The position numbers and the translations under genes are program-made. Under the pieces are notes generated by a model. That model was not told where the DNA came from. It saw only the letters and a list, made by a program, of their open reading frames with translations, and ran no database searches. This document shows, piece by piece, positions 37,101 to 52,100 of a stretch of 64,000 nt of DNA. The stretch is from Gracilinanus agilis (lineage: Eukaryota): NCBI RefSeq assembly GCF_016433145.1, contig NC_058130.1, positions 14,076,506 to 14,140,505 on the forward strand, given 5' to 3'. How positions within the stretch are numbered: position 1 is the stretch's first letter; each line of letters starts with the position of its first letter.

Positions 37101-40100
37101 CCTTCATGACCTACCACCTCCTGCCTTTCTGCTCTTCTTCCATGTCCCTCTCGGACCCTCGCTTTTCCATCCAGTGCAGCTGATCCTCAGCTTCCTTTAA
37201 GCCCAGGTAAAATGCCACCTCCTGCAGGAAGCCTTCCCCAGCCTCTCTCACTTCTGGCTTGTGGGCCTTGCCTGGAGCTTGCTTTGAGGGTGCCTGTTGG
37301 TCGGTCAGGCATTGCCTTTTGCCCCTCTTCTATCTCTAGCATTTAGCCTAGTGTCTGGCACACAGCAGGAGCCAAATACATGCTCATTGCTTGCTTAAGA
37401 TTTACAGAACGCTTCAAGGTTTGCAAAGTGCTCAGTCCTGTGTCTGTGAGATCAGGACTGCTCAGGATCCTTAGCCAGGGGTCCCAGGGCCTCCCCCAGC
37501 CAATTGGGGGCTCTCCTGACCACCCAGACGTTATCTCGAGAGATTCTTGCAACCTTGGAGAAGAGTGATGGGAAGAGATGTCCCTAAGGCCCACATATAG
37601 CCTCTTGCACTCCAAAGCTTGGACTCGAACCCAAGACCTCATGCTTTAAGTTCAGTGCCTGTCTAAGGCCTGAACTTGTTCTTATGGCTCGGCTCCCCAT
37701 CTTCCCACGCTCTAAAGAGCACAGCATTCTTTCATTCCTTCATTCCTTCATCGTCTGGTGGAGGGGGCCGAGGACTTGATTTGGGGATCTCGGCTCCGGT
37801 CCTTCCTGCCTGTGGCAGGTTGAGGAAGTCACTGACTGTCCTTCATGAGACTGGGCTGGACCAGGTGGCCTCAGAGGTTCTAGATCCCACTGATTCTGGC
37901 ATTCCTTCCACAAACAGTTACTGTGTGTGTCAGAAGGGGCCCAAAGGAAGATGGTGCTGCCCCTCTGTTGGGGAGTGCATGGCATGGAAGGAGACAACCA
38001 AGGCAGGAGCGTACCCCAAAATGAGAGCGAGAGAACCCTCAGGAAGGGGGGCCACTGTGGGAGGGTTCCCGAGGGAAGGCTGTAAGGACTGAATCCCAAA
38101 CTAGGCTTGGAAGATGGGGCAGCAGCTTGGGAGGCAGAAGGAGGGGGCATTCTCTCTGCTTACCAGCCGACTAATGACCGTGACCTTCTTGAGGTGGAGG
38201 CTTGGGTTCTGGGGTTCCTTGGTCTCCAGAGCCTTAATCAGATTTCTCACGTGACTAATTGCCTACGGGGAAAAGAGAGGTTAGGCCACTCAGAGATGGA
38301 CCTCCCTTTGGATCATGCCTTTTGCTTTTACAAACAGAAGATTTTCTTCTCTCTACCAAGCACAGAAGCCCAGGCAATGTCAAACTGTGACTGATTAGCT
38401 GTGTAGGATTCGATGATGCTTTATCAGCCGATGGTCAATAAGCAAATATTAATTAAGCACCTACTGTGTGTCAGGCAATTCAAAAAAGAGGCGAAATACA
38501 GTCCAGTTCTCAAGGGGCTCACTGTCCAATGGAGACTTTGCCGAAGAATCCATCCTCTGTGAGGCTGCCCAGCTTGGTGGGTAGAGAGCTGGCCTCAGTA
38601 GGTCAGAAGACCTGAGTTCAACTCTTGCTTCTGACACAGCCTGGCTGTCCCACCTTGGCTGGGCACTCAACCACTCAGTCCTCTGGGCAGTCCTCAAAGG
38701 CCCACTGGGGGAAAGTCAAAGAGCTTGTTGTGCCTGACCATGCTCTAGGGGGGCAGCTGCTTCTTGGAGCTGCAGGAGCTGCTGTACCACTGAGGATGCT
38801 GCCGGATGAAGGCATGAGCAAGAAAGCACGTCTAGGGAGCTTGTCGTATATAAAGCACTGTAGGAAGGGCAGGGGGTGGGGTCCAGAGCCAAACAAGACA
38901 TTCAGACCCAGGAGGCTTCATGGGAGAGTCAGAGAGGGAGATCCCGAGTTCCCAAGATGCCAGCAACAAAGCCACTGAAGGTCAAGCATCTTCTTTAAAA
39001 AACCATATCCGAATGGCCCTTTTACAGACATGGAACCTTTGACCCTGCGAGGGGCTTTGGGACAGACCTTTCCTTCTATGGGCTATTAGCTTCTTGTGGC
39101 TGTAACCCCAACAGGCAGTGGGTTAAATGGTCCCAAATGCCTTCTACAGGGCGTGTTTTCAGTTGCCTGGTACTGGGGGTCGGAGACACTGGGAAGGAAA
39201 GGGGAGGCGGGGGTAGGAATCCAAAGTCTGCCCAGAATGCTAGGCCTGTCCTCCAGGTGAGTCTTCAGAGGCCCAGGCTGCATCAAATGGCATCATAGAT
39301 TTTGAGATTAAAGGGGGCTTAGACATCTCATCTTGCCCCACTCAACCCTCTACTGCCCTGTAGAACTAGAGCTTGGAGCCTAGGAGGGCAGGAGGAAAGT
39401 AGGATTTAGAGGCAGCTCATCTGTGCGACCAGCCTAGGACAAAGGACCTTTAGAGTTAGAAGGAACATCAGGCATCCTTTCTACTGCCATGACAGGTATC
39501 TGCCCAGCCCTTATGTGAAGGCCTCTGGGGAAGGGGAACCCACATCTTCTCAAAGCTAGTCATTCCTTTTCTTGGCACAGGGACTGGCACCATGGCTGGT
39601 TCTTGGCCAAAGAGCCATAGGATGCTTTGTTCCCTTTCCTGTTAGTATAAGCCAAACTGAGGTCTATCTGGTGTCTTTGTCTATACTGTGGGTTTTCCAT
39701 GGCTGAAAAAACCCCCTTCTGTAGTGGCCAGCCCCATGGCTGAACCCCAGAGAGGATACTATCTGTGACTTCTTGGATTGTCCATTTTCTGGGTTCTACC
39801 ATTGTCATGACCTTTGAGAGTCCAGACAGAAGCCCTCCATGCTACCCCGAGTCCTTGGCCTGGAGTTTTCACCTCTTTCTAAAATGAGAAGTTAAGGCAG
39901 TAGTGGAAGCGATGAGATGCTCCATTGGATAAAGTACTGGGCTTGGAGTCGGAAAGACCCGAGTTCAAACCCAGCCTCAGACACTTACCAGCTATGTGAC
40001 TGGGAAAGTCACTTTATCTTGGTTTGCCTCAGTCTCTTTGACTGTAAAATGGGGATACTCAGAGCACCTACCTCCCAGGGCTAGTGTAAGGATCAAATGA

Positions 40101-43100
40101 GATAATGTTGGTGAAGCCCTTAGCATAGTGCCTGGAATAGGACAAGTGCCAGCTACTATCATTCTTATTGTTGCTATTATGATTAGACTCTGGCATCAAT
40201 GTGGCGCCCTTTTTTGTGTCTGTATTTGAGATTTATTGCAACTTCCTTTTGGAGGGCTCCCAGCCTACACTCTCCAGCTTGGCAAATCCCGTGGACACAG
40301 CATCATTGACCGACCAATTGTTAATCATTCATTTAACACAATCAGAGAACACAGAATATTGGCAGCCAAGAAGGAACCTGGAAGGTCACCTAATCCAGCC
40401 TCCTCCTTTTACAAACGAAACAGAGGCTTCGAGAGGACAAGGGACCTGCCTAAGCCCTCTTATTTGCTCAGTGTTGTTGGAATCAGCCTGCTGAAATAGC
40501 ACTGAGTTACAGGAACCCCAGAGGGAGAAGCGGACAAGTTCAGGGCACCCTGAAACTCTAGACATCTGAGAGCCAGGGAACTCGCCCCCGAGCCTGGGTT
40601 AGGAAAGAAGTTGGGCAAGTTAGTTCATTCAAGGGAGGTTTCTTAATCCGCAAGAGAACTTACTTCATTGACGTCGCCTTCCCTTGCAAACTCGTGTACG
40701 GCCAGAACCTGACGGGCGTCGATATTATTATCATCCTTTTCTAAGATTCTGAAACAGGAATAGGCATTGCCCCAAGTAAAGACTATTGCCACACAGCCTG
40801 GCCTGCTGGTCGACCTTTGTCATGCACTTGGGTTCTAGGACTTGAAACAGGACGATTTCCTTGAATCCCTGGCATGCTTTGTGTCGCTCCATCCACCCTG
40901 GCCCTCCAGGGTGGCCTGGAGAAGATGGTGTACCTTTTTGTACTGTCTGGGAGAGCCCTTGGACCCCTTCTCAGAAATACATGGATTTCCTCCATTCATA
41001 AGCAAAGGAAATGCTCAGCTTCATTTGCCATTTCCCCCTCCATCCAAGTTCATGAACCCCCTGCCATTACAGAATCTTTGGAGGCCCATGAGCCCCGGGT
41101 GAAAGATAACAGAGGCCGGGGGTCTCTGAGAACTTGGAGTGGAGAAACTCTGGATCAAATCCTGCCTCAGACACTTGCCGGCTACATGATCCTGGGCGAG
41201 TCACTTAGCTTCCCATCCCTAAGATGGAGAAAATGCCCAAAGGACTTCACTCCCAGGATTGTTGTGAGACCTTGCCGGCCTCTGAGTGCAAGAGAAATGG
41301 GGGCTGTCGTCTTCATGCTAATAGCTAGTACCAAGCTCTTGCTCTGGGTTCACAAAACACTTTAGAATTGTTGTTCCATTTGGTCTTCCCAACAGCATTG
41401 CAAGGTAGGTGCTAATCATAATAGCATTTACATTTCACAAATGTGGAAACCAAGGTAGACAGAGGTTAAATGACTTGCCCAAGGTAATACAGCTAATGAC
41501 TGAGGCAAGATCTGAATTTGGATCTTCCTGACTCTAATCAGCATGCCACTTAGCTGCTATATGTATTTAGTTATAGTGAGTGAAAAAAAAATTAAGTGCT
41601 TCTTAAGTCATATTTCCAATAAGAGAAATGGCATGGTGTATTACATAGCTGGCCTTGGGGCTTAGAAGATGTGGGTTCAGGTCTTGCCTTGGACCCACCC
41701 TGGCTGCGTGACCCTGGTCTAGTCACTGAACCTTGATGTTATGCTCCATGTTCTCTGACTTGCATGATGGCACAGTAAGTAGGTGCCAGCCTGTGTGGGC
41801 AGAGGGAGTTCTTCAAATTCCTCACTAGGAGCCCACTTGCAGGTGAAATAAATCACAGGTATGGATTTTCCAATGAGCTTCCTATTTTCTGCTTTAACCA
41901 GAGAATCCTGACTTCTGGCTATTGAGCATTTTTTGCATCTCTCCCCAGGAAGGAAGGCTGATTCTCAGGATTAGAATGTCCTAACATAGCTCTGAGCATA
42001 CTCTGGAAGGCCCAGGGGGGTCTATGAGTGTCTTGGGGCCAGAACAAATCTCTTAAGTGATCATGCCATGCTGGGGTCCTCATCTGCCAACTAACTAGTT
42101 TCCCTGGTGCCCACTGGATGGACTCCCCCAGCCCAACTATCTCACCCAATCTACTCTGCTGCAGACACAGCCTGGGGCTATTCAGGACCCTGGAGAGGGA
42201 CCAAGGGTGAAAGGAAGGAGAAGGAAGAACCCCCAAAGTTGCCATAAAGGAATAGCTTTGCCAGAGTTGAATGAATGGGAGGGAAGGGAGAGAGGTGCTC
42301 TGGGAAACCTCAATTTGAGGCGAGGGTCAGAGGGTTTTCTTGGTTTTGTTTTTGAAGCATTTTCAAAGTATTTCCAGTCCCTAAATCGTAGAGCACCCTT
42401 CTCTGGGAGGAGTCAGACCATTGCCAATGATGCCAGTCCCACAAGAGAGGTGGAGTATGTTTAGGATTGAAAAGGGCAGTGAGTAGGTCTGGCTCCCCCG
42501 CTAGAATGTAAGCCTATGGAGGACAGGATCTGCTTTCATCTTCCTTTTCTGAAGCACCTGGCACAGACTCACAAATGCCATCAAAGAGAGGCTGGGGATT
42601 GCCCTGGGGACTCTAGAACATTCGAAGGCCCAGCATAGGAGGTGGGTCCTCTAGGAAACCCCTGGGGGACAGGTGCCCAGGACGAGGCTTTCTCTCTGCT
42701 GGGGAGAAAAATCCAACCCTTCAAAGAACACAGCAGCCCCAAACGACGCTCCTTGGGATCTCTTCCCTTACCGGAGTCCCGTTTCGACAGTTTGCTCCCA
42801 GTCTTGCTGGGCCAAGAAGAGTCTCATCTTCAGGATAAAGGCTGGGATGAAGTTAAAAAACGTGACTGTTATTTGATTAACAACTTCCAGGGCACCCGAG
42901 TAATTCTGTTGCATCATGAAATAGCTTGCCTATTGAGAAAAGTTCAGAGAGACCACTTAGCTCAGGCATGCGTCAGTGAGCTGAAATCTGCTGAGTGATC
43001 TGTTGCTAATTAAAGAGGACCCTGACACTAGAAGAGCCTAGGCTAGCCCAGCTGGGAGTCAGGCCCTGAGGGCTCCTTCTAAGCACTGTGCCTTGGTGAT

Positions 43101-46100
43101 GGTCTCCTCTGGGCTCTGGCTCTGCCACATAAGAGGAGGGCATGGGGAGGCCCCAGGGCACGGCTGCTAGGAAACTGGAGGCCTGAATATACACACTGTC
43201 AGCAGGATGCTCCCTAGGGCCCAGCCAGTGCCAGTCTTGGGGCTTTCCATGGCTTGTTCAGAAGGAGGAGGCCAGGAAGGCAGGAGAGGCCCCAAGTCTG
43301 ATCGAGGGAAGATGGCCTTTTCAGGCAGGGAGTAATCAGATGGAGCCTTGCCTCGCACCCTAGAAAGTGAGAGCTGGAAGGGTCCTCAGGGACCCCGGGC
43401 CCATGGGCTTCACTTTATACAGAAGGAGCTGAGGTCCTGCTGGGAGGGAGGTGGCAAAGACAGGACTAGCACTGAGACACTCTGCCCATGCTCCTACCTT
43501 CCCCATCAGGCCCAACACATCTTTGGTGTCTCGAATCCCTTGATCGAAGTACTTGATTGACTTCTTTACGGTGTGCTGTTTGTCAGATGTAAAGTCCACC
43601 CAGCCTCGGAGAACAAAGCCCTGGAAGAAGGCAGTGGGGGGCTTTTAGTGCAGTGAGGTGACAGATGTCTGGCTGAGAGCTCACCCCCCCCCCCATCTCT
43701 GCTAGTCCTCTATATGGCTTCAAGGCTGACCCTTTCTGGGGTAGAATAGATGGCTGCCTATGGGGTGTGATGTGAGGGGCCCCAAAACATCTCCCCCACT
43801 GGTTCCTAGCCCCTCAAATTCCTCCATTAGAGCTTCATTTTTTTGAGGTGAGGGGCGGCAGAGTCACATCACCAGGCTCGCCTTTTAATGAAAACCCCCA
43901 AAGAACTTGCCCCTTCCCAAGCTCAGCAAGTGCATGCTCCACCATAGACGTCCAGGATTCAGCCAACTTTGTGTGGTCACTTGTGAGCTCCTCCCACTGC
44001 CCTTGACCATGGAGGTTGCTGTCCTTTGTGCCCATGCTGGCTTATGTTCTCTCTGATTTAAAATCCTCCTTCCTCCCCCCAAGCCTCCCTCCACCCCCTC
44101 CAACAGTACCTCTCTGGATCCGCTGGTCACCTTCAGCATCCTGTCCACATATTCCTTGGCTTTCTCATTTTTACCCATCAGCCATAGGAACAAGGCTGCA
44201 TAATACAAGGCATTCACACCAGCAGTTTTCCGGGTTTCCTTTAGGCAGTTTTCAAGTTCTGAAATAGCCTCTCGATCTGCACCCCAGGGAGAACGTCAGA
44301 TTGAAGAAGGTTAGGAACAGGGTGACTTTCTTTTAGAAGGGAGCCTAAGAGATTTTTTTTTTTAGTTGGTTAGGGATTTCACCCATCTGGGAAACTCCTG
44401 GTGGTGAGGAACTTCCTCTCCCAGTGCAGGCAAACACCTTCCCTACAGCTCAGTTTGGGAGAACTGTCTGGAACCTTAAGAGAAGACGACCTGCCCAAAG
44501 GAGACTAGTAGGTGGTGGTGGCAGAGCTTGAGGTCAACTCTGTCTCTAGTACCCCCCTGCCTCTCCATCAGACTCTATTGGAGCTAACATGCTGTTTTCT
44601 GAACTGTAACCTGATCTATCTTCCGAAGACCAATCTGGAAGGAAAGCTGCTGGCACTGTAGGTGAGAACCCTCAGACACCTCAGTCTGGGTCTGAGTTTA
44701 TCCTCAGCTTAGGGAGAAAATGCTGTCTGGCTTGGTTTTTGGGGTCTTTGTGCTTCCTCTGTCCCTGCTGCATTTCTGAGGCAGCCTTGTCTAACTCACA
44801 AGAGGCTGCCCTCCTCCTCTGTGTGACTGAAGAGCAAGAGGGCAGCTGCAGAAACTCTACCGACACACGTGGGGACCTTCTCTGCACCTGAGAGCCTTAA
44901 GAGAGCTGTTCAGAACACAAGGAGGATAAGTGACTTATCCAGGGTCATATAGTCAGGGTGGGTCAGAGGGGATCTTAAATCCAGGTTTTCCTGGTTCCAA
45001 GGTTGGCTCTCTCTCCCTAAGCCAATGGATATGGCAGAATACAGCAGTCACCCCAGCCTCTCTACCAGGAGTCTTTTAACTCTAGTTTTCTTGCTGGTAC
45101 AAGACCCCCCCATCTCTCATCCAGACAGTTACCAAATGCTCTTGGATGTTTCTGAAATAGCTCTTGGACGCAGCCTCTTCTTCCATTCTCATTGCCTTTT
45201 GCTTCCCTAGTTCAAGGCTCCCTCAAGGCTCATCTGGATGCTCGGAACAACCTCCTAACTGCCTCCAGTCTCTTTCTGCTCCAATTTGATTCAAATGAAC
45301 AAACATTAATTAAGACACCACAATGCGGACCCAGCACCACCCTGAGTGCTAACATGTTAGAGGCGTGAGGGACGTTTGCCAAGAATGACCACCAGAAAAA
45401 GAATGGGCAAGGCCCAAAGGTAGGTGAGCACCAAGTTGGTGGAAATGTGAAGCCTGAGAATAGAGACATTTCATTTAAAATCTCTATGGACAGTGTAAAA
45501 TACGTGGGAGTTTACCAATAAGAATCACATGAGAATTGTATGAACATAATTAGAAAACACTCAACACACAAATAAAGGCAGATTGAAATGGAGAAATAGT
45601 CACTGCTCCTGGATAGGCTGAGCAATATAACAAATGACAATACTACCTAAATGAATTAACTTAGTGCCACACCATTCAAACTACCAACAGGTAACTGTTT
45701 AGAGCTAGAAAAAATAGTAAAATTCACCTGGAAGAGCAAAAGGTCAAGAATATTGAGAGAATCAATTATAAAAAATGAGAAGAAAGGGGTTCTCGCAGTA
45801 CCTGACCTCAGACTATACTATAAAGCCATAATTGTCAAAACATTTTGGTACTAGGAAAGAAATAGACATTGATCCGTGGAATAGAGTAGGTACACAATAT
45901 TCGGAAAGAGATGAAGGTAGTAACCTGGTGTTTGAGAAGCTCAAGGATCCCAGTTGTAGGGGAAAGAGCCCACTATTCAGCAAAAACTTAGGACATGGTT
46001 TGGCAGAAACTAGATATAAACAAACATTTCGCTTCTTCCTTCCTCTAGGGAAGCTGTGTCCCAGGAACTACAGACTGGCAACCTTGGCTGTGACTCTTGG

Positions 46101-49100
46101 CAGTCCCAGAATGAATAACTCTAAGCTTGGGCTTTGAGAACCGAGAATGAGATAGCCTAAGGGAGGGGTGGGAGGATAATTCCCACTGAGGAACTCATCA
46201 TGGCTGCTACTTCTCCTTTTTTTTTTTTTTAAACAAAAAAAAATCCCTTACTTTCCATTTAAGAATCAATATTATGTATTGGTTCCAAGGCAGAATTAGT
46301 GAAATAAAGAAGTGGGAGTTGGAGGGCCCCGGGATTCATATAATCTCTGTTTCCTCAACTGTGAAATGGAGTCAATAATGCTTGATGTTCCTAACTTGTA
46401 GGGTCAGAGTCCTTGGTAAACTTTAAAGTGCCAAATAGCACTACATTTGGACATAGCACAACAATTCTACCATAGCTCCAAAGATGCTCTGAGGGGCTCC
46501 AGAGGGAAAGGAAACCAAGAGCAAGTCCCCAAGTCTAAGTTTTCATCAGGCCAGACTCTCCCCAGAACCTTGGGCTTTGACCAGGATTATGACTATGGGG
46601 CAGGCTTATCTCTGGGAGAAGGGGCATGGGGGCACAACTTCCCAATCAGGCTCACTTACCGATGGTCTCACAGCGCTTGTGAGCATAAATGAGGGCCATG
46701 AGTGAGCACAGGGACACGTCGGGGTGGCTCTTGAGGGTCTCTAGTTCGCCGATGGCATCTTGTATATGTTCTGCAGAGACATTTTCACAATCATTGACTT
46801 ACAATATTTTAAACCAAAATGCATAAAACTATTATAGCGAAGAGAGGGAGGGTGTAGTGTATAGTGAAGGAGACCCAGATATTGGCTTAGTGCCCAAAGT
46901 CCACATTTCCCAAATGCCTGGTACACAGTAGATACTTAATAAATGAGTATTGTTGATGATTATAAAACAATCTTCTTTCATAATTTAAGTCAAATTGGTC
47001 TTGCTGCCCATATCTATCCCCTTTATAATCTATGTTCCACATTAGTGTCTAAGCAATCTTCCTATATTATTATTTAAATAAGATTTATTCTTTTATATTT
47101 AGCCTTCTTTTATGGCAAAGATCTAGGAGAGATATTTTAAGAAGTATTGGACTGTGGTGGGGAGGGTAGCTAGGTGTTTCAGTGGATTGAAAGCCAGGCC
47201 TAGAGATGGGAGGTCCTGGGTTCAAATATGGCCTCAGACACTTCCTAGCTGGGTGACTCTGAGCAAGTAATTTAATCCCCATTGCCTAGCCTTTACCACT
47301 CTTCTGCCTTGGAATCAATACACAATATTGATTCAAAAATGGATGGGGGCAGATGGGTGGCTCAGTGGATTGAGAGCTAGGCCTAGAGATGGGAGGCCCT
47401 GGGTTCAAATCTGGTCTCAGACACATTCCAGCTGTGTGACCCTGGGCAAGTCACTTCACCCCCATTGCCTAGCCCTTACCATTCTTCTGCCTTGGAACCA
47501 ATACATAGTATTGATTCCAAGACAGAAGATAAGGGTTTAAAAATAAAATAAAATGGAAAGTAGGGGATTTTTTGTTTTAAAAAAAAAAAAAGGAGAAGTA
47601 GTAGTATTGGACTACCTAAAGGCCATGATCAAAAAAAGATCCTGGACATCATATTTTAAGAGATTATTAAGGAAAACAACCCTAATATTCTATAACCCGA
47701 AGGGAAAATGAAAATTGAGAGGATCCATTGATAACCTTCTGAAAGAGATCCCCAAATGAAAACTCCCATCAATATCGTAGCCAAATTCCAGAGCTCCCAT
47801 GTCACAGAGAAAAAAATACTTCAAGAAGCCAGAAAGAAACACTTCAGATATTGTGGAGCCACAGGCAGGATGTCACAAGATTTAGCTACTTCCACATAAA
47901 GAGCAGAAGGCTTGGAATATGATATTCCAGAAGGCAAAGAACTAGGATTACAACCAAGGATCACTTATCCAGCAAATGTGAGAGTGATCCTTCAGGGGGA
48001 AAATGGACATTTAATACATAGCAATCTTTCACGTATTCCTGCTGAAAACACCAGAGCTGAGTAAAACATTTGACATTCAAACATAAAACTCTAGAAAAGC
48101 ATAAAAAGATAAACATGAAACAGTAATCATAATAGATTCAATGAAATTAAACTGTTTACATTCCTATATGGTTAGATGATATATGTGACTCTTAAGAACT
48201 TTATCATTCTGGGGGCAATTACATAGAGGACATGGTGTTAATTGATTATATTGAAATGATCTCCACAAAAAAAAAATGAAGTGGGGAGGAAGGATAATGG
48301 GGGGATTTTTAAATATAAAAGAGATGGTGTAAGAAAGAGCTTTTATAACAGAGGAGAAAATAGGGAGGAGTGTTGGGCAATGTTTGAACTTTGTTCTCAT
48401 CAGAACTGATTCAAAGAAGGAAATACACACACAAACACACACTCAGTTGTGTATAGAAATGGAACTTACCCCATAAGGAAAAAGGAGGGAAGAGGATAAG
48501 AGAAAGAGGAAGGTGGATTACGGGAGGCAGAGATTAGAAGCCAAAATAAGTTCTTTGAGGAGGGACAGAATAAAAAGGGAAGAAACAGAAGATAATGAGA
48601 TGTAGGAAAATATATGGTCAGCATAACTATGAGTTTGAATGGGATGAGTTCACCCATAAAATGGAAGTAGATAGTAGAATGGATTAGACCAAGAATCTTC
48701 CAACACATTGTTTACAAGAGACACACTTGAAGAAGAAAGATATACAGAGAACTAAAATAAGGGGCTGGAGCAGAATACATTTTAGCAGAAGTAAAAAAGG
48801 TGGGGGGAGGAGGGACGCGGTGGTAGCAATCCTAATCTTAGACAAAGTAAGGCAAAAATAGATACTAGATAATGAAATAATATAAAAAAATTTTACAGAA
48901 AATTTCTCTAACAAAGATTTCATTTCTCGATATATATTGAGTACAGAACTGAGTCAAATTCATAAAAATAAAAGCCATTTTCCATTTGCAAAGTGGTCAA
49001 AAATATGAACAGGCATTTTTTCAGAAGAAACCAAAGCTACCTATAGTGATATAAAAAAATGTTCTAAATCACTATTGATTGGAGAAATGCAAATTAAAAT

Positions 49101-52100
49101 TCTAAGGTTCTACACCTCATACCTATTAGAATGGCAAATGCTGGAGGGGAGCAGGGTAAAATAGATCCACTAATGAAGTGCTGGTGGAGTTGTGAACTGG
49201 TCCACCCATTCTGAAAAACAATCGAACTATGCCTAAAAGGCTACAAAACTGTGCATATCTTTTGATCCAGCAATATGACTACTAGGTCTGTATCATAAAG
49301 AGATCAGAAAAAGGAAAAGGAACTATATATTCAAAATCCTTCTTGCAGCTCTTTTTGTGGTGGCAAAGAACTGGAAATCAAGGGGCTGCTCAACATTTGG
49401 GGACTGACTGAACAAGTTATGGCATATGATGGAGTACTGTTTTGCTATAAGAAATGATGAGGGGGATGATTTCAGAAAAACAGAACAAGAACTATATGAA
49501 CTGATGCAAAGTGAAGTGAGAAGAACTAGGATATTATTGTGCATCATGACAGCAACGTTGGAATGATGATTGACTGTGAAGGACTTGGCTACCCTGATCA
49601 ATGCAGTGATCCATGACAATGCCAGAGCACTCAGGATGAAAAAATGCTCTCTACCTTCAGAAAGAACTGATGAATTCTAAGTGCAAATGGAAGTATATTT
49701 TTCTACTTTATTGATTTTTCTTGGTTTTTTCATATTTCAAAGGGCTACTATGGAAATAGATTTTGCATGATTTAACTTGTGTAACTGAAATCATCTTGCT
49801 TGCTTTCTCAGTGGGTAGAGGAGGGATAGAAGGGAAAGAGAGAATCTGGAACTCAAATTTTTTTTTATTTTTTTATTTTAAACCCTTAACTTCTGTGTAT
49901 TGACTTATAGGTGGAAGAGTGGTAAGAGTAGGCAATGGGGGTCAAGTGACCTGCCCAGGGTCACACAGCTGGGAAGTGTCTGAGGCCGGATTTGAACCCA
50001 GGACCTCCCGTCTCTAGGCCTGGCTCTCAATCCACTGAGCTACCCAGCTGCCCCCCTGGAACTCAAATTTTAATAAGAAAGAAATGTTGAAAATAAATAC
50101 ATTTTAAATTTAAAATTTATTATTATTTTTTTAAAGCTCTTACTTTCCATCTTAGAATCAATACTGTATTTTGGTTCCAAGGAGAAGAGAGGCTAGGCAA
50201 TGGAGGTTAAGTTACTTGTCTAGGGTCATCCAGCTAGGAAATGTCTTAGGTCACATTTGAACCCAGGACCTCCTGTCTCTAGGCCTGGTTCTCAATCCAC
50301 TGATCCATCTAGTGACTGCCATGACAGGAATTGATTTTGCCTTTCTTGGCACCCTGGCACACAATAATAAATGCTTGCTGATTCGCCTTGACTTTACATT
50401 TCTGTCCACCTGCTGCTGCTTTGGGTTCCCATTTTATGGATGATTCATTGGCTGTTAATAGGCAACCAGTCCTCAAAGAGCCAGGCTCAGGCCCAACCCT
50501 CACTCCTTACCTTCCCGTAGGAGGCCGTACGCCTTGAAGAACTGCAGAACAGAGTCGTTGCTGAATTTCTCTAAGCCTTCTGAGGCCGCATTCTGCACAT
50601 GTCGGAAGTACTTTTCTTGACAATAATATATTATTTTAGCCTAATGGAAGGAAAGACCATTTGAGTTACCGCTGTAGTTGGTGGAAATAACTGAACAAAT
50701 AAAGGCATGGAAATCATTTTGGCACATTAGGATCTCAGTTATAAATTGGCTAGTTACTCTGTGTGGAGATTATCTGACGACTTATTTGTAAAAAAACAAT
50801 TTATAATAGTTTTTGTTGGAGTAACAAAGATCTGGAAATGAATGGGGTACCTATCAAGTGGGGAATGGCTGGATGAGTCAGTGAATGGATGGAATGAAAA
50901 AGCATGGTGGAATAAGAAATGAAGATGGTTCAGAAAAACCTGTGAAGACTTCTATGACCTGATATACAGAGTGAAGTGAATAGAACCAGGAGAATAATTT
51001 GTACAATGATAACCACAATGTAAAGGCAAACCACCCTAAAAGACTTAAGAACTCTGATCAAAGAAATGACCAACAACAGTTCCAGGGGACTCAGAATGAA
51101 ATGTTACCCACCTTCTTGACAGAGAGGTGACAGATAAAAGATACGGATTGCGATATATTTTTTGGATGTGGCCCAAGTGGGAATTTTTCTTGACTGTGCA
51201 GATTTGTTACAAATTATTTTTTTCTCTTTGATCAGAGAAAACATGGAATTTTTTTCATTTAAAAAACTGAACTTTAAAATACTTCAATGTAATGATCTCC
51301 TTGATAGGCATACCACTTCCATCAGCACAGATTACCAACCCATTCCTGCCTTTCATCTAGAGAAATTCTTGTTAAGCAATAACTAACTAGCTTTGATATT
51401 CAGCACCCCTTACTTTTCCTTGATGACTGGAGGGCTGGAGGGCAAGCAAACAAAACAACTTCCAAAGCCTCCCTTTAGAAGATTCAGAATCTCTAGCCAG
51501 CTTTTCATTTCCCACCAATTGCTCTGCTTGGTTTTGACTCTACAAATATTATCTCCTCCTTTTCTCCTCCCATGTCTCTGCTTCCTTTCATGTATTGTCT
51601 TTTCCCATTAGATTTTAAACTCCTCAAAGGGAGGGATTGTCTTTCTTTTTCTTATTTGTATACCCAGGCTCAGCTCAGCACCTGGCACATAGTAGGTACC
51701 TAACAAATATTTGATTATTGGCTAATCAATAAGCATTTATTAAGAATCTATTATATACATGACACCTTTATGTAAAAAACCAAGTCAGATAGTCCTAGAC
51801 TTCAAGGAGCTTTACATTCTATTAGGGAGAATTAAAACATAAGGAAGAGTGGTGGCCAAGCAGGGAAGTCTTCTCTAGGAAGTCACAGGGATGCCATTGT
51901 TACACCTTCTCCAGAAACACAAGTGACATTGAATTGGTCACTGTTCCCTGGACAAGAGGTATAAAATGGTGGTTGGGATGGAAGAGTGCAGAAGAGGGCA
52001 TATGCATGAAGGCTAGCAACTGGCAAGGTGCCAGCTGTCTGGGCAGATGTTTGGACTCAAACAACTCTACCCTTGAGGCAACTACACAAACATGGCTAAA